Assembly: GCA_016178585.1 (NCBI GenBank)
Contig: JACOTA010000013.1
Location: 3,183-67,182 of the forward strand
DNA length: 64,000 bases
DNA from: Nitrospirota bacterium
Lineage (GTDB): Bacteria > Nitrospirota > Nitrospiria > JACQBW01
Direction: 5' to 3'
The notes beneath the pieces are model-generated. The model saw only the letters and a list, made by a program, of their open reading frames with translations, did no database searches and had not been told where the DNA came from. This document shows, one piece after another, positions 41,983 to 52,968 of this stretch (positions are counted from its first letter, which is position 1; each line of letters opens with the position of its first letter). A program made the translations under genes and the position numbers.

Positions 41983-43416
41983 TTAAGGGTTTATTCCTCT
42001 TTTTTTAACGATATGAGCAACATCGTACCCTCTCTTAATCAAAAAGGGATTGATCAAAACATCCGAAACCGGATGAGGGAGAAAATAAAAAGATTTATCC
42101 ATTGAAAGAACAGGATAATTGCCCTTTTGCAAAAAGGCCGCCTTCCGAAGCTTTTCTTTTGAAAGATAAGGGAAATTCCATTCTTTTTGTTCTTCCACAA
42201 AGCTTTTAATCCATTCAATTTTTCCTTCAACAAATGGCATCACCCAGATCAGGCGTTGTTCTATTTCTTTTTTTAACTCCTCCTCTGAAACCTGATTTTT
42301 GCTGGCGGGCAAAAAATATTGCGCCAAAACCGCTCTTTTGGAGGTAAAGCGTTTTTCCTCCATTGAGCCCGCTGTTTCCCCGGTTGCCAGGGAAAACATC
42401 AGAAAATTCCCGGAATGATAAGGAAAACGATCATTAAACTTCAAGATCAAACAATCTCCCATCATGGCAGGGATGACTTCTTCCGGTATTTCAAAATAAC
42501 CATTAAAAATCCGGACAGCCTTTTCTTTCGCGAGGCCTCCCTTCTCCGGATTTAAAATCAACACATCGCAACCCAGGGATTCTTTTCCTTTAAATTCAAC
42601 TCCTAAAATCCTGTTTTTTTGAAAAGAAAGGGAAGAGGGAGGCGTAGACCAGATTTCTCCTTTATTTTTCTTGATCACTTTTAAAAAAATTTCTCTTAAT
42701 CCGGAAATCCCTCCAGAGACCATCAAAGGTTCGTTTTTTAAAACAAGCAACATTTTAAAAAAATCTAATGTCGAAATATCCCGGAGGGTATGATGAAAAT
42801 AAAAAAGCGAGAGCGCATTAAGGAAGTCAATGGGATCCTCCTCCATTCCCAGCGCTTTACAAAACTCCAGGGCTTTTTGGGTTTGTAATTTAAAGACCTT
42901 CGCCTGATAAACAAACCCCCTGGTCAATTGTTTTAAGACAGCTCCCTTCCGAATAAACGCCCATGGAGAGGTTGAATAAAGGAAGGGATACAGAATCGCC
43001 TCCCATTCATCCGATTTTTGAAACAAAACCCTAAGGGTTTGGACCTTTCCGCCAAATCCGGTTTTTAAGTCGTCCAGGGTATTTTCACGATCATGGTAAA
43101 GCGTAAATCGATAAAAAGACAACAGAATCTGCAAAAAGGATGACTTTTTTTTGAAAACCTCCTGGGTTCGCCTTAACAGCGGAATAGAAATTCCGATTTC
43201 GTTAAAGATTCGGTCCACGGGTCCCTCTCTCTCAAACCCTAACCCGATGGTCTGGGGAAAAAATGGGACCTCAACAGAAGCGGCCGGGTTTTCTTCAGGA
43301 AGAATGACAACTTTTTTTCCTGATTTTGATAGAAGGGCGCCCGCCACTAAACCGGATAATCCGCTGCCAATAATGACCGCATCGCTTCTTACCGCATATT
43401 TAAAGGGTTTGGTCAT
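41983..43416 (-). CDS. Divergent FAD/NAD(P)-binding protein (phytoene dehydrogenase-like fold)
   Basis: [12 protein letters not shown]ossmann motif and an SGGISGL segment. Confidence 0.65.
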   Translation of the reverse strand: MTKPFKYAVRSDAVIIGSGLSGLVAGALLSKSGKKVVILPEENPAASVEVPFFPQTIGLGFEREGPVDRIFNEIGISIPLLRRTQEVFKKKSSFLQILLSFYRFTLYHDRENTLDDLKTGFGGKVQTLRVLFQKSDEWEAILYPFLYSTSPWAFIRKGAVLKQLTRGFVYQAKVFKLQTQKALEFCKALGMEEDPIDFLNALSLFYFHHTLRDISTLDFFKMLLVLKNEPLMVSGGISGLREIFLKVIKKNKGEIWSTPPSSLSFQKNRILGVEFKGKESLGCDVLILNPEKGGLAKEKAVRIFNGYFEIPEEVIPAMMGDCLILKFNDRFPYHSGNFLMFSLATGETAGSMEEKRFTSKRAVLAQYFLPASKNQVSEEELKKEIEQRLIWVMPFVEGKIEWIKSFVEEQKEWNFPYLSKEKLRKAAFLQKGNYPVLSMDKSFYFLPHPVSDVLINPFLIKRGYDVAHIVKKRGINP

Positions 43417-43825
43417 TTAATCCCAAAGCATCAAAAAAATAAGGAATCTCAAATTGAGCGGATTCCTTTGAGTCAGAGCCGTGGACCACGTTTTCTTCAA
43501 TTCCCCCGCCAAACTCTCTTCGAATCGTTCCCTTTTCAGCCGCTTTCGGATCTGTTGCTCCCATAATCTCCCTGACTTTCTTGATGGCGTTTTCCCCTTT
43601 TAAGATCATTGCCACAATAGGGCCTGAACTCATAAATGACGTCAGATCATTAAAAAAAGGGCGGCTTTTGTGAACCACATAAAAACCTTCCGCTTGTTTT
43701 TTGGTCAAGTGCAGCATTTTTAAACCAATGACCTGTAATCCGTTTTGTTCAAATTTTCTGAGGACTTCCCCGATGACTTTTTTTCTAACGCCATCCGGTT
43801 TGATCAAAGAGAGTGTTATTTCCAT
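43400..43825 (-). CDS. ndk: Nucleoside diphosphate kinase
   Basis: IKPDG and NVVHGSDS motifs. Confidence 0.97.
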   Translation of the reverse strand: MEITLSLIKPDGVRKKVIGEVLRKFEQNGLQVIGLKMLHLTKKQAEGFYVVHKSRPFFNDLTSFMSSGPIVAMILKGENAIKKVREIMGATDPKAAEKGTIRREFGGGIEENVVHGSDSKESAQFEIPYFFDALGLNDQTL

Positions 43826-43864
43826 TAAACCATCCTTCCTTTTAAAAAAGCCGTTTTATAAAAA

Positions 43865-44236
43865 TTAATCCTCGAAATAAGTGGCGGAGACCCCTTCCAC
43901 CTCCGACACGACGATACGTGACACTTCGAGGTCTTCCGTGTCAAGACGTTTGCTCAGCGTATCATAAATCCATCTTGATAAATTTTCACTGGTTGGATTA
44001 ATTTCAGTAAAAGGAAATACTTCGTTTATGCAGGATCGATCAAGAGGTTCAATCAGGCCGCGAAGTTCTTTTTTTAATTCGCCAAACTCAATGGAAATTC
44101 CATTGGGGGTTAAATCCTTACTTAAAATGTATAATTGAATTTTCCAATTATGTCCATGAATCTTTTCCTTCGCGCCTTTTATATTTCTAAGCCTGTGAGC
44201 GGCAGAAAAGGACTCCTCGATCATTAATTCAAACAT
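43865..44236 (-). CDS. 6-pyruvoyl-tetrahydropterin synthase/QueD family, ExxHGH (PTPS-III-like)
   Basis: FSAAHRL, KEKIHGHNW and NPTSENL motifs; no Cys before HGH. Confidence 0.85.
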   Translation of the reverse strand: MFELMIEESFSAAHRLRNIKGAKEKIHGHNWKIQLYILSKDLTPNGISIEFGELKKELRGLIEPLDRSCINEVFPFTEINPTSENLSRWIYDTLSKRLDTEDLEVSRIVVSEVEGVSATYFED

Positions 44237-44353
44237 AGCCAATACCTCATAAAAAATAAAACTTCAAAATAACCGAAAAAGGTCTCCGAGTCAAATTTAA
44301 TTGACAAAAATTTTTCTTTCATATAATTTACAATTTGTAGAAGAGAGGAATCG

Positions 44354-45901
44354 GTGAAACAGAACAGGGCGGAAGCATGTAAACTCCTTTTTTTTGCGTT
44401 TTTCTTTTTCATTTCTATTTTTCCTTCTACAGGGTTAAGTAAAAATAAAACCAGCTTCCTTATCGCCGCAGACACTCAATCCTCTTCTGTCCTGCTTTTA
44501 AAAGCGAAATCATGTAAAAACAAACTCCTTCACTCGCAAAAAAAAAGAATCCGGTCAAAATGGCTCTTGTGCGTCCTGGTTTATCAACAGGCATTAAAAC
44601 AAAAACCCTCCGAAGAAGTTCAACTCGAGGCCTATACAGACTTGACTGATCTTTACCACCAGTTAGGGCGGTATTCAGGAAAAAAGTCTGATAAAGGAAA
44701 GGAAAAATATTGGGAAGAAATGAAATTAAAATTGGCCTCCCGATCCAATCAGACCGGCTCTCCATTAATGACCCCGGAAAAGGCGGAGCAAATACCCGCT
44801 TCAGGAGAGATTTTTAATCTAAGAACCTGGAATCATCGGGAGTATCTCAGGATCGTTCTTGACCTTAAAGGTCCCGTCAAATACGAAATCCACGAATTTA
44901 AAGAATCTGGCGCTGTGCAAATTGATTTTCCCAAAACAACGCTTCAATCCGGGCTCAATCTTAAAGTGTTCCCGCTGGATAAAACCCAAATGCAAGCCCA
45001 ACTTTCCCAATTACCCGACCGTGCTCTATTGAGTCTCACCCATGTGTCATATAAAAGTTTAAGCGTAACGGAGCTTTTAAATCCCGGTCGATTGGTGATC
45101 GATTTTCATAAAACGGATGAGACTGTTTCAGCAAAACAGGAAGAGGATGCCTTGTCCATTCCACCGCCAAAGAAAACGCTGGAAGACCTTTCGTTTCCAA
45201 AGCCTGGAATCCATAAAATCATTATCGATCCCGGTCATGGCGGAAAAGATCCTGGCGCGATTGGACTTTCGGGATATCCTGAAAAGGAGGCTGTATTGGA
45301 CATAGGGCTCCGATTAAAAGAGCTTGTCATGAGTCAGCTCAAAGTGAATGTCATCATGACACGGTCTAAAGATGTATTTATTTCCCTGGAAGAAAGGGCT
45401 GAAATGGCTAATGAAGCCAATGTCGATCTGTTTATTTCAATCCATGCCAATTCCAGCCCGCACAGGACTACCCACGGTATCGAGATTTACCTGTTGGGTC
45501 AATCCTCCGATAAAAGAGCATTAAGGACAGCCGCCAGGGAAAACAATTCGACGGAAAAAGAAGCCGTCGATCTGGAGAAAAATCTTTTCTCGATTAAGAA
45601 AGATCTTACTCAGGAATACAAAAAAGAAGAATCCCTGGAACTTGCCCATATCACACGATCTTCTTTTTTGAATATTTTACGTCCTCTCTACCCGGTCGTG
45701 GACCTCGGTATAAAAACAGCCCCCTTCTATGTGTTGATGCATACCTCCATGCCGAGTATCCTGGCAGAGGTCTCCTTCATCAGTAATCCGGTTGAAGAGC
45801 AGCGTTTAAAAAATCCCGGTTATCGGCAAAAAATGGCTGAATCGCTTTTGGAAGCCATTCAAAATTACGTTTCTTTTAATTCCCCGCTGGCATCTTTTTA
45901 A
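44354..45901 (+). CDS. N-acetylmuramoyl-L-alanine amidase (AmiC-like, AMIN plus Amidase_3)
   Basis: IDPGHGGKDPGA, FISIHAN and PSILAEVSFISN motifs. Confidence 0.92.
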   Translation: MKQNRAEACKLLFFAFFFFISIFPSTGLSKNKTSFLIAADTQSSSVLLLKAKSCKNKLLHSQKKRIRSKWLLCVLVYQQALKQKPSEEVQLEAYTDLTDLYHQLGRYSGKKSDKGKEKYWEEMKLKLASRSNQTGSPLMTPEKAEQIPASGEIFNLRTWNHREYLRIVLDLKGPVKYEIHEFKESGAVQIDFPKTTLQSGLNLKVFPLDKTQMQAQLSQLPDRALLSLTHVSYKSLSVTELLNPGRLVIDFHKTDETVSAKQEEDALSIPPPKKTLEDLSFPKPGIHKIIIDPGHGGKDPGAIGLSGYPEKEAVLDIGLRLKELVMSQLKVNVIMTRSKDVFISLEERAEMANEANVDLFISIHANSSPHRTTHGIEIYLLGQSSDKRALRTAARENNSTEKEAVDLEKNLFSIKKDLTQEYKKEESLELAHITRSSFLNILRPLYPVVDLGIKTAPFYVLMHTSMPSILAEVSFISNPVEEQRLKNPGYRQKMAESLLEAIQNYVSFNSPLASF

Positions 45902-45915
45902 GTGATCCATCCGTT

Positions 45916-46695
45916 ATGACCAGGAATGTCAGATTAACGATTTCCTATAATGGGACCCCTTTTCATGGGTGGCAGGTACAGCCTGATGTAAACACTATTC
46001 AAGGGACTTTAATTAAAGTTATTGAAAAAATTACGTCGGGGAAAAATGTCAATTTAATCGGCGCCGGGCGGACAGATGCCGGAGTCCATGCTTTAGGACA
46101 GGTGGCTAATTTTAAGACCGAAAAAACTTTGACGGAAAAAAAGTGGAAGGCCGCGCTAAATGGTCTGCTTCCGCCTGAAATTGTCGTATGGAAAGTCGAA
46201 TTTGTGCCGGACGGTTTCCATTCCCGCTACACGGCCATTGATAAAACCTACGCCTATCATATCGGTTTTCAAAAATCACCGTTTTTATTCGATAGAGAAT
46301 GGACTTTTAGCCGTCCACTTAAACTTCCGGCCATGAAAAAAGCGCTCTCTTTTTTAGCCGGAAAACATGATTTTACCTCTTTTGCTTCTTCATTATCGGA
46401 ATCGGAGACCAAAATCTGCCATTTAAAAAAATACGAGATTGTTCAAAACCGTCATTCGCTGATCTTCAGGTTGACCGCGAACCGTTTTTTAACGCATATG
46501 GTACGAAATATCGTCGGAACGCTCGTGGAGGTTGGTTTAGGTAAAATAAAACCCGCTGAAATTAAACAAATTCTAGAACTGAAAGACCGGAAAAAAGCGG
46601 GACCGACAGCGCCCCCTCATGGGCTTTATCTGGTCGAAGTCAAGTACCGGAAAAGGCTATCAGAGGGGCTCGCGTCGCCCCCTCCACTGGCATAG
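45916..46695 (+). CDS. truA: tRNA pseudouridine(38-40) synthase
   Basis: GWQVQ, GRTDAGVHA and FLTHMVR motifs. Confidence 0.96.
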   Translation: MTRNVRLTISYNGTPFHGWQVQPDVNTIQGTLIKVIEKITSGKNVNLIGAGRTDAGVHALGQVANFKTEKTLTEKKWKAALNGLLPPEIVVWKVEFVPDGFHSRYTAIDKTYAYHIGFQKSPFLFDREWTFSRPLKLPAMKKALSFLAGKHDFTSFASSLSESETKICHLKKYEIVQNRHSLIFRLTANRFLTHMVRNIVGTLVEVGLGKIKPAEIKQILELKDRKKAGPTAPPHGLYLVEVKYRKRLSEGLASPPPLA

Positions 46696-46749
46696 CCAGC
46701 TGGAGCCTCCCCGTCTCGCTCGCTTCCGCTCGCTAGGTTAAGCCTCTGA
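46660..46749. repeat. Palindromic REP-like element overlapping the truA 3' end
   Basis: TCAGAGG...CCTCTGA ends; inner CTCCA-CTGGC ATA GCCAG-C-TGGAG stem. Confidence 0.55.
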
Positions 46750-46755
46750 GTGGAT

Positions 46756-47421
46756 TTAAGAGGAATGGTGTTTTTTGGGGTTTTTTGCTTCATGATCTTG
46801 AATCAAGGAACGGAGTTCTGCCAATTCGAGCTCAAGCTGATCCAAACGGTCTGAAATCGGATCGGGTAAATCCCCATGGTTCATATTAAGAAGAGAGGGC
46901 TTCGTTTCACGAATCTTTAATATTCTTCCCGGAACGCCGACAACAGTCGAATAAGGGGGAACCGATTTTAAGACCACCGAATTGGCCCCTATTTTCACCC
47001 CTTCACCAATGGTGATCCCGCCAAGGATTTTTGCTCCGACACCAACCATGACGTTATCTCCGAGAGTGGGATGGCGCTTGCCCCGTTCTTTTCCAGTTCC
47101 TCCCAATGTCACCCCCTGAAAAAGGGTCACATTCTCTCCGATTTCGGTTGTTTCACCCACAACAACCCCCATGCCGTGATCAATGAAGAAACCTGCTCCA
47201 ATCCTTGCTCCCGGATGAATTTCAATTCCGGTTAAAAACCTGGCAAACTGGGATAACACTCTGGGTAAAAGCGGAATTTTAAAAGTCCATAACACGTGAG
47301 CAAAACGATAGAGTAAAACGGCATGAAATCCGGAATAGGTCAGAAACACCTCAAATCTGTTAACAGCCGCGGGATCTCTTTCAAAAATGGCTTTAAAGTC
47401 TTTTTTGATCTTGTTCCACAT
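46756..47421 (-). CDS. cysE: Serine O-acetyltransferase
   Basis: RDPAA, EIHPGA, FIDHGMG and GKRHPT motifs. Confidence 0.96.
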   Translation of the reverse strand: MWNKIKKDFKAIFERDPAAVNRFEVFLTYSGFHAVLLYRFAHVLWTFKIPLLPRVLSQFARFLTGIEIHPGARIGAGFFIDHGMGVVVGETTEIGENVTLFQGVTLGGTGKERGKRHPTLGDNVMVGVGAKILGGITIGEGVKIGANSVVLKSVPPYSTVVGVPGRILKIRETKPSLLNMNHGDLPDPISDRLDQLELELAELRSLIQDHEAKNPKKHHSS

Positions 47422-47909
47422 TACTGAGTTAATTCCTCCAGGCGGGAAAGGATGCAGGCCGCGTGTGCCGCGATTCCCTCTCCCCTCCCGATGGCATCTA
47501 ATTTTTCCGCGGTCTTTGCCTTTATATTGACTTTTTTTTCTTCGATATGAAGCGTTTTGGCAAGCGTAAATTTCATTTGGGGCATAAAAGGAGCCAACTT
47601 CGGTTCCTGCGCGATAACAATGGTATCCAGATTTTCAATGCCCATTTCATTTTTCACCAAAAGCTCTTGTATTTCTTCAAGAATGATCAGACTCGACATT
47701 CCTTTATATTTCGGATTCGTATCAGGATAATAATGCCCGATATCGCCCAGACCGAGCCCCCCCAGCAGAGCATCGGCTACCGCATGGATTAAGACATCTC
47801 CATCGGAATGACCCAGGAGTCCTTTTTCGAATGGAATCGATATTCCGCCTATGACCAATGGCCTTCCCGGAACAAGCCGGTGTATGTCGTACCCAATTCC
47901 GATTTTCAT
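47421..47909 (-). CDS. ispF: MECDP synthase
   Basis: GIGYDIH, GHSDGDV and DIGHYYP motifs. Confidence 0.96.
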   Translation of the reverse strand: MKIGIGYDIHRLVPGRPLVIGGISIPFEKGLLGHSDGDVLIHAVADALLGGLGLGDIGHYYPDTNPKYKGMSSLIILEEIQELLVKNEMGIENLDTIVIAQEPKLAPFMPQMKFTLAKTLHIEEKKVNIKAKTAEKLDAIGRGEGIAAHAACILSRLEELTQ

Positions 47910-47929
47910 TATTCTCCCGGCCAATAATC

Positions 47930-47972
47930 AGGGGCCATGGGCTGCGTTCTTGCCTCTGCGGCTTGCGACCCG
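47930..47972 (-). repeat. Shortened reverse-orientation member of R2
   Basis: The - strand reads GCAAGCCGCAG-AGGC-AAGAACGCAGCCCATGGCC, with the inner stem lost. Confidence 0.55.
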
Positions 47973-47985
47973 CTGACCCCCCTCC

Positions 47986-48684
47986 TCATTGGCCTCGCCT
48001 TTTTTGATATTGAAGGATCATTTCGCCAAGAATCAAATCGTCCGGAACGGTAATTTTGATATTAAAAACCGACCCTGGAAAAATTTTAACGGGGTGACCC
48101 AGTTGTTCAACAAGACCCGCATCGTCTGTCGCAGAAATCTGCCGGCTGGAAGCTTTTTCATAAGCCTCCCTTAAAAGGCTGAAACGAAAGGTTTGGGGTG
48201 TTTGAGCCTGCCATACCCCCTTCCGATCGATGGTATTTTGAATGAAACCCTGTTCGGTTTTTTTTAAAGTATCCCCAAGGGGAATACCGGCAATCGCTCC
48301 GCCGGTTTCTTTGGCCGCTTCAACAGAATTTTCAATGATCTGACACGTTACAAAAGGCCGGCAGCCGTCATGAATGACCACGAAATCGGCTGCCGGATCA
48401 ACGGCTTTCAACCCATTGAAAACAGATTCTATACGTTCTTTTCCCCCGTTGACAAACGTTAAAATCTTTTTAAAAGGAGAAGAAAGAATGATTTCCTCCT
48501 CCGCAAGTTTTCGGTCTGCTTTGGAAAGGACGACGACAATTTCATCAATGACGGGACACAGATTAAAAACAGCCAAAGTGTGATAAAGAACCGGCTTTCC
48601 TCCAAGGGAAAGGAATTGTTTCGGCAGGCCGGCATTCATCCTCGTTCCAAGACCTGCGGCCGGGATAATCGCCGCCACTCTCAA
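47986..48684 (-). CDS. ispD: MEP cytidylyltransferase
   Basis: PAAGLGTRM, PKQF, HDGCRP, QTPQ and TDD motifs. Confidence 0.96.
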   Translation of the reverse strand: MRVAAIIPAAGLGTRMNAGLPKQFLSLGGKPVLYHTLAVFNLCPVIDEIVVVLSKADRKLAEEEIILSSPFKKILTFVNGGKERIESVFNGLKAVDPAADFVVIHDGCRPFVTCQIIENSVEAAKETGGAIAGIPLGDTLKKTEQGFIQNTIDRKGVWQAQTPQTFRFSLLREAYEKASSRQISATDDAGLVEQLGHPVKIFPGSVFNIKITVPDDLILGEMILQYQKRRGQ

Positions 48685-48691
48685 TTGAAAA

Positions 48692-49720
48692 TCACCTGGC
48701 TACCCGAAGCTCTTCTCTTTCCTGATCTTCTTTCAGCCGGGTAAAGATCATTCTGCCTGCGGTGGTTTGCAGAACGCTGGTAACAACCACTTCGACATTT
48801 TTTCCGATCCATCGTCTCGCGTCATCGACAACAATCATGGTTCCATCGTCAAGATAGGCAATTCCCTGACCCGATTCCTTACCCTCTTTAAGTATAAAAA
48901 CTTTCATCACTTCTCCCGGAAGGACGACCGGTTTTAACGCATTGCTCAGTTCATTGATGTTTAATACTTTTACCCCCTGAAATTCCGCAACTTTATTCAG
49001 GTTCAAATCATTGGTAATGACTTTGTAATTCATCCTTTTTGCAAGGGCGACGATTTTATCATCTACCTCTTTAATGGAAGGAAAATCATCTTCCACAATT
49101 CGGATATCTAAACCGGCCATTTTTTGAATACGGTTTAAAACATCCAACCCCCGCCGTCCTCTCGCCCGTTTCATGGAATCTGACGAATCCGCAATATGTT
49201 GAAGCTCATTTAAAATAAAATGGGGAATAATGAAAGCCCCTTCTAAAAAACCGGTTTCGCATAAATCGGCGATCCGGCCGTCGATAATGACGCTGGTATC
49301 CAGTATTTTACTGCTTAAGGGCTCTTTCTCGTTTTTAGAAAGAAAGTTAAGCGGCAACCACTCATTCCCTGTTTTAATCCCCAGAATCAGGCCTAAATAC
49401 CCGCCCGACATCAATAAACCCCAATGCCAAAGGACCAGAAAAGCTAAATCTTTTACAAAAAATGATTCCGAAATATGATAAATGAAATTGGAAGCGGCCA
49501 ACCCGAGCAGGAGACCCAATAAACTAACCAGCGAAACTTTTGCGGAAGTTTTTTGAAACGAATACTCAATCCCGAACAAAATCGATGCTAAAATTCCGCC
49601 TGCAATAATTCCCCACCATTCTTCAAAGAAACCAACTCCAAAACTCCCTTTTAAATAATTAAATAGATAAAACCCTCCAATTGCCGACAAAATGAAATAT
49701 AAAAGACGTATAATTTTCAT
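48692..49720 (-). CDS. Membrane PIN/TRAM domain protein (YacL-like)
   Basis: [18 protein letters not shown] and YLDDGTM motifs; upstream of ispD. Confidence 0.93.
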   Translation of the reverse strand: MKIIRLLYFILSAIGGFYLFNYLKGSFGVGFFEEWWGIIAGGILASILFGIEYSFQKTSAKVSLVSLLGLLLGLAASNFIYHISESFFVKDLAFLVLWHWGLLMSGGYLGLILGIKTGNEWLPLNFLSKNEKEPLSSKILDTSVIIDGRIADLCETGFLEGAFIIPHFILNELQHIADSSDSMKRARGRRGLDVLNRIQKMAGLDIRIVEDDFPSIKEVDDKIVALAKRMNYKVITNDLNLNKVAEFQGVKVLNINELSNALKPVVLPGEVMKVFILKEGKESGQGIAYLDDGTMIVVDDARRWIGKNVEVVVTSVLQTTAGRMIFTRLKEDQEREELRVAR

Positions 49721-49865
49721 CCTGCACCTCCCCCTCAAAGCTAGCACCCGTCATTCAGGCCCTCAATTCATAAAAATGACCTTCATTAAAATAATAATCC
49801 TTTACTTCACTATAACAATATTTTATTCAGACGTCAAACAACGCAATTAAATCAATGACTTGTCG

Positions 49866-51371
49866 TTAAGGGATAAAAGTGACGAATAAAGTCCGCCCCT
49901 GTCTGTTGATCAGGAATAAAACCTGTGTCCCTTTGTTAATCTGGCTCATAATGCGATTGTAATCTTCCGTGTTTTTAACAACGATCCGGTTGATTTCCAA
50001 AAGAATATCCCCTCTCAAAATCCCTGCCTCTTCAGCAGGACTACCGGCTTCAACATTGGTAACAGCGATATGATTCCCCTTAAACGGAACCCCTAATCGC
50101 CGGGCCGTTTCAGGAGTCAGGTTCGTCACCTCCAGGCCGCTGATATCCCGGCTTTCTTCGCTGTTTTTACCCCCTTCCTCTCCGCTTGTTTTCACTAAAT
50201 CCTTAGGCTGTTCCCCAATATTAACTTCGATTGAAATCTCTTTTTTATCACGGATGATTGCCATTTTCACCCGGGTTCCTACCCTCGTCTGAGCAACCGA
50301 ATTCCTTAAGTGTCCGGGATTGTCAACCGGATTACCTTGATACTGAACGATGACATCACCCCTTTTTATTCCGGCTTTTTCGGCCGGGCTCTTTTCCATG
50401 ACGTCGCTCACCAGCGCTCCGGCGTTTTCCTTAATACCAAATTGTTTGGCCAGGTTGGGATTAATTTCCTGAATCGAAACCCCGAGCCAACCTCGAACCA
50501 CTTTGCCCTCTTTTTTGATACTTTCCAAAACAGCCCTGGCCATGTCGGTTGGAATAGCAAAACCAATTCCCATGTAGCCGCCGCTTTTGGAAAAAATTGC
50601 CGTGTTGATCCCGATCAGTTCCCCTCGAGTATTAACCAGAGCTCCGCCTGAATTACCCGGATTGATGGCCGCATCCGTTTGAATAAAGTCTTCGTAATCC
50701 GATATTCCGACATTCGCCCGTCCGATGGCGCTGATGATCCCCATCGTCACGGTTTGATTGAGGCCAAACGGATTTCCGATCGCCAGCACATATTCTCCAA
50801 CCTCCATTTTACTCGAATCCCCCATGGGAATCGTAGGAAGGTCCCTGGCCTCTATTTTGACGACGGCGATATCTGTTTTTGGGTCGGTCCCCAGTACCTT
50901 TCCTTTGAACTCTCTCTTATCGGATAGCAACACTTTAATCTCATCCGCGTTGGCAATCACATGATTATTCGTGATAATAATTCCATTGGATTCGACAATC
51001 ACCCCGGACCCAAGGCTTTGTTCCTTGCGCTCTCTCGGCTGCTCAAATTGACGCCCTAACTCGTCACCAAAAAAACGCCTGAAGAAAGGATCCTCAAAAA
51101 AAGGATTCGGTCCCATTTCATTCTTCACAAGACGGGTTGTCGAAATATTAACCACAGCGGGAGTCGCCGCTTTTGAAATTTCAACAAAAGTCTCGTCGGG
51201 TTTATGTAACCCCGGAAGCAGGGGCACTGCGGATTTTTTCTCATTGTTAACCGCCTTTCCGGAAGGGGTCAGGTTTAAATTCGAAGAAATTGTGATTCCT
51301 AAAATCACACCCAAAACAATCAAAAAAATCGAGATGGAAACCCATTTACGAACCGTTTTATAGTCTTGCAT
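49866..51371 (-). CDS. DegP/DegQ (Do) serine endoprotease
   Basis: SLGSGVI, TNNHV and INPGNSGG motifs; two PDZ domains. Confidence 0.95.
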   Translation of the reverse strand: MQDYKTVRKWVSISIFLIVLGVILGITISSNLNLTPSGKAVNNEKKSAVPLLPGLHKPDETFVEISKAATPAVVNISTTRLVKNEMGPNPFFEDPFFRRFFGDELGRQFEQPRERKEQSLGSGVIVESNGIIITNNHVIANADEIKVLLSDKREFKGKVLGTDPKTDIAVVKIEARDLPTIPMGDSSKMEVGEYVLAIGNPFGLNQTVTMGIISAIGRANVGISDYEDFIQTDAAINPGNSGGALVNTRGELIGINTAIFSKSGGYMGIGFAIPTDMARAVLESIKKEGKVVRGWLGVSIQEINPNLAKQFGIKENAGALVSDVMEKSPAEKAGIKRGDVIVQYQGNPVDNPGHLRNSVAQTRVGTRVKMAIIRDKKEISIEVNIGEQPKDLVKTSGEEGGKNSEESRDISGLEVTNLTPETARRLGVPFKGNHIAVTNVEAGSPAEEAGILRGDILLEINRIVVKNTEDYNRIMSQINKGTQVLFLINRQGRTLFVTFIP

Positions 51372-51578
51372 TCACTACTCCTTATATCAAATTTAAGACA
51401 TTGATTTATAAGCCATTAAAAAATTTAAATTTTTAAAACAAATGAGTGAGATTATTATATCGGATGTTCGGGTCTTAGTAAAGCATCCCCTCTTTTTTCT
51501 ATTCCTTGCTTCTGCCAGACAGTTTTATTTATGATAAGCTCATCTTTTAATTCATGATTAAACAAAAAGCAGGAAAAA

Positions 51579-52940
51579 ATGCTCTCCAAAAACGAGAAAC
51601 AGAGACTCATCGAGGGTGATCACAAATATCTGTGGCATCCCTTTACTCAGATGCGGGATTGGTTAAACGAACTCCCTGTGATCATAGAAAGAGGGGAAGG
51701 AATCTTTCTCTGGGATACCGATGGGAATCGATATTTTGACGGATACTCTTCAGTCTGGGTTAACCTCCACGGTCATCGAAGAGAAGAAATCAATCAGGCC
51801 ATTGAATCCCAACTCAATAAAGTCGCTCATTCCACTTTTTTGGGTTTAAGCAATATCCCTGCCGTTCAGCTCGCCGAGAAATTGATTCGTCTTGCGCCAA
51901 TCGGCCTTTCGCGGGTCTTTTATTCGGATAATGGATCGACCGCCGTGGAAATTGCCCTAAAAATCGCCTTTCAATACTGGCACCAAAAAGGCGCAATTTT
52001 TCAGAAAAAAACGAAATTTATTGCCCTCTATAATGGTTATCATGGAGATACCATTGGAACGATGAGCGTCGGAGGAATTCCTCTGTTTCAGAATCTGTTT
52101 AAGTCTTTGTACTTTTCCAGTTACAAAGTCGAGTCCCCTTATTGCTACCGTTGTCCTTTAAATTTAAAGTTTCCCGACTGTCAGATCGCCTGCCTGGATC
52201 CCATGGAAGAGGTTCTCAAAAGCCGCCATGAGGAAATAGCGGCCATTGTCATAGAACCGGGGCTTCAAGCCGCCGGTGGAATGATCGTTCTTCCGCCCGG
52301 CTATTTAACCCGGGTCAGTGAATTGTCGAAAAAATATGGCTGCCTATTGATCGCGGACGAGGTTGCCACCGGGTTTGGAAGAACCGGAAAAATGTTTGCC
52401 TGCAATCACGAAAATGTATCGCCTGATTTAATGGCTGTTGCAAAGGGTTTAACGGGAGGATATCTTCCTCTGGCCGCTACACTGGCCACGGAAGAAATCT
52501 TTGAAGCGTTTTTAGGATCGTATGAAGACTTTAAAACTTTTTTCCACGGGCATAGTTATACGGGAAATCAGCTAGGGTGCGCCGCCGGAATCGCCAATTT
52601 GGAGATTTTTGAGAAGGAAAACACCTTGCAGATTCTGCAAGGAAAAATTCACCAATTCAAAAAAATGCTGGAGCCTCTTTACAACCTGAAGGGGGTCGGA
52701 GATATCCGGCAAATCGGCTTGATTGGAATTATCGAACTGGTTAAAAACAAAAAAACGAAAGAACCTTTCATGTTAAAAGAAAAAAAAGGTATGAAGGTCT
52801 GTCAGGAGGCCCGAAAAAGAGGCCTTTTAATTCGGCCTCTGGGGAACATTCTTGTTTTAATGCCCCCCTTATCCGCTTCTCCCGGCCAGTTGCATGAAAT
52901 AATCAGCATTTTGGGGGAATCTATAAGAACAGCCATTTAA
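51579..52940 (+). CDS. bioA: Adenosylmethionine--8-amino-7-oxononanoate transaminase
   Basis: WHPFTQ, YHGDT, DEVATGFGRTG and AKGLTGGY motifs. Confidence 0.95.
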   Translation: MLSKNEKQRLIEGDHKYLWHPFTQMRDWLNELPVIIERGEGIFLWDTDGNRYFDGYSSVWVNLHGHRREEINQAIESQLNKVAHSTFLGLSNIPAVQLAEKLIRLAPIGLSRVFYSDNGSTAVEIALKIAFQYWHQKGAIFQKKTKFIALYNGYHGDTIGTMSVGGIPLFQNLFKSLYFSSYKVESPYCYRCPLNLKFPDCQIACLDPMEEVLKSRHEEIAAIVIEPGLQAAGGMIVLPPGYLTRVSELSKKYGCLLIADEVATGFGRTGKMFACNHENVSPDLMAVAKGLTGGYLPLAATLATEEIFEAFLGSYEDFKTFFHGHSYTGNQLGCAAGIANLEIFEKENTLQILQGKIHQFKKMLEPLYNLKGVGDIRQIGLIGIIELVKNKKTKEPFMLKEKKGMKVCQEARKRGLLIRPLGNILVLMPPLSASPGQLHEIISILGESIRTAI

Positions 52941-52968
52941 TGATTTAATAAAAACCCCTGTTAAAAAG

